From contig NC_015672.1 of NCBI RefSeq assembly GCF_000218625.1, positions 1,647,451 through 1,711,450 on the forward strand: a DNA stretch of 64,000 nucleotides, in the 5' to 3' direction. Shown here piece by piece: positions 62,775-64,000 of the stretch (within the stretch, counting starts at the first letter, position 1; the number at the start of each line of letters is the position of its first letter). The DNA is from Flexistipes sinusarabici DSM 4947. GTDB lineage: Bacteria; Chrysiogenota; Deferribacteres; Deferribacterales; Flexistipitaceae. A model generated the notes under the pieces. It saw nothing but the letters and a program-made list of their open reading frames with translations. It had not been told where the DNA came from and searched no databases. The position numbers and the translations under genes are program-made.

Positions 62775-62971
62775 TAGGTTTTAGGTTTTAGGTTTTGGGT
62801 TTTAGGGAAAGCAGGGTTGCAAATCTTTCGAGCAGGGAATTGGCTTCGCCAACGTATCTCGTCTCACGCAAAAAACAACTAAAGCTGAAAACAAATAATC
62901 TTTGAAATCTACGTGAACATTAAAAACGTTGAACATTGAACGTGGAACGCTGGCACGACAGTGCCAGATCT

Positions 62972-63433
62972 GTTGTAATCCCTTCAAAACCCAGCCATCA
63001 TATAATCGGCTGGGTTTCTGGTCCGAGCTTGCTGGAAATCAGGTCATGGATTCCAATGTTGAAGCACTCGGCGCAGTTCTATCTTTTGAGCAGAGTCGTA
63101 ATCCCTTCTAATCAGGTCATGGATTCCAATAGAGAGATTTCTCCATTTCCTAAATTTAATACAGTTGATGTCGTAATCCCTTCTAATCAGGTCATGGATT
63201 CCAATCTTCCGGAGGGTTTTAGATTTAAGTACCTCAAAGTCGAGGTGTCGTAATCCCTTCTAATCAGGTCATGGATTCCAATATATGTCGCCCAGCTCAT
63301 GGGCGGCAGGTTGCCGGAAGGGTCGTAATCCCTTCTAATCAGGTCATGGATTCCAATTACACAACTAAAACAGATACTTTGATTATTGTCTTTTCCTAGT
63401 CGTAATCCCTTCTAATCAGGTCAATTCCGAAAA
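62972..63433 (+). CRISPR. CRISPR mini-array C: leader copy 2, interrupted first repeat, 4 repeats, degenerate terminal repeat
   Basis: Repeats at 62972-63057 (interrupted), 63095, 63170, 63247, 63322, 63399 (degenerate). Spacers of 37-41 nt. Confidence 0.85.
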
Positions 63434-63630
63434 TAGGTTTTAGGTTTTAGGTTTTGGGTTTTAGGGAAAGCAGGGTTGCAAATCTTTCGAGCAGGGAATT
63501 GGCTTCGCCAACGTATCTCGTCTCACGCAAAAAACAACTAAAGCTGAAAACAAATAATCTTTGAAATCTACGTGAACATTAAAAACGTTGAACATTGAAC
63601 GTGGAACGCTGGCACGACAGTGCCAGATCT

Positions 63631-64000
63631 GTTGTAATCCCTTCAAAACCCAGCCATCATATAATCGGCTGGGTTTCTGGTCCGAGCTTGCTGGAAATCA
63701 GGTCATGGATTCCAATCTGAAGCGAATCAATTATATAAAAATTCTTTCTCTTCTGTCGTAATCCCTTCTAATCAGGTCATGGATTCCAATAGTGATGCGG
63801 GGTGGGTACGTCGGTTTGCATATCGAAAGTCGTAATCCCTTCTAATCAGGTCATGGATTCCAATACATCAAGAACAGAAAGCGCTGTTTGAAATGGCAGC
63901 TCGTCGTAATCCCTTCTAATCAGGTCATGAATTCCAATCAGGTTGCCGGAAGGGGCAACAACCCTTCCGGAGGGTTTGTCGTAATCCCTTCAAGTCAGGT
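63631..64000 (+). CRISPR. CRISPR mini-array D: leader copy 3, interrupted first repeat, at least 4 repeats; truncated by window end
   Basis: Repeats at 63631-63716 (interrupted), 63755, 63829, 63903, 63978 (truncated). Confidence 0.85.

Noticed and set aside
62149-63646. Three identical 61-aa ORFs (MKGLQQIWHCRASVP...) on the minus strand
   Set aside because: They lie entirely inside the triplicated CRISPR leader. Their identity merely reflects DNA duplication. No RBS and odd composition, so most likely not coding. Flagged only as something to check with Ribo-seq.
61886-64000. Assigning a CRISPR-Cas type from the repeat alone
   Set aside because: A 36-nt repeat with 37-41-nt spacers is compatible with several type I/III subtypes. 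No cas genes are in the window, so no type is called.

Overview
AT-rich bacterial chromosomal window with no rRNA or complete tRNA. Kb 0-44.7 is a conserved housekeeping backbone. Genes there: a partial mqnA/D-like gene, mlaFED, alr, prfB, citrate synthase, phosphohexomutase, pckA, alaS, a giant NAD-glutamate dehydrogenase, an M16 peptidase, elbB, a CsgG-like lipoprotein, family-4 UDG, coaBC-rpoZ-gmk-yicC, an SPFH protein, SRP RNA, ppiD, lrgAB, rluA-like, a CoA-disulfide reductase-like enzyme, uspA, a lysA-like decarboxylase, HU, glpK and recJ. Immediately after recJ comes a tRNA 3'-end fragment that looks like an attachment-site remnant. A roughly 19-kb AT-rich accessory/defence island follows. 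It holds a small HTH protein; a GC-rich candidate ncRNA; 20-bp iterons; a wHTH-WYL (BrxR/CapW-like) regulator; seven uncharacterised small proteins; a DUF234 AAA-ATPase/nuclease; an AddB/AddA-like helicase-nuclease pair bracketed by identical 15-bp inverted motifs; vapBC; an IS5-family insertion sequence; and four tandem CRISPR mini-arrays. The arrays share a 36-nt repeat. Three of them carry a near-identical ~210-bp leader copy each. The first repeat of every array is split by a conserved ~50-nt hairpin insert. Three spacers in two arrays tile one contiguous protospacer locus. A CGTC-N7-GACG palindrome recurs in four island promoter regions, suggesting one regulon and possibly a novel WYL-controlled defence module. 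Backbone intergenic regions carry a dispersed family of three-letter (C-free/G-free), G3-tract, telomere-like degenerate minisatellites lying directly after stop codons. There is also a 6S-RNA-like long imperfect hairpin.
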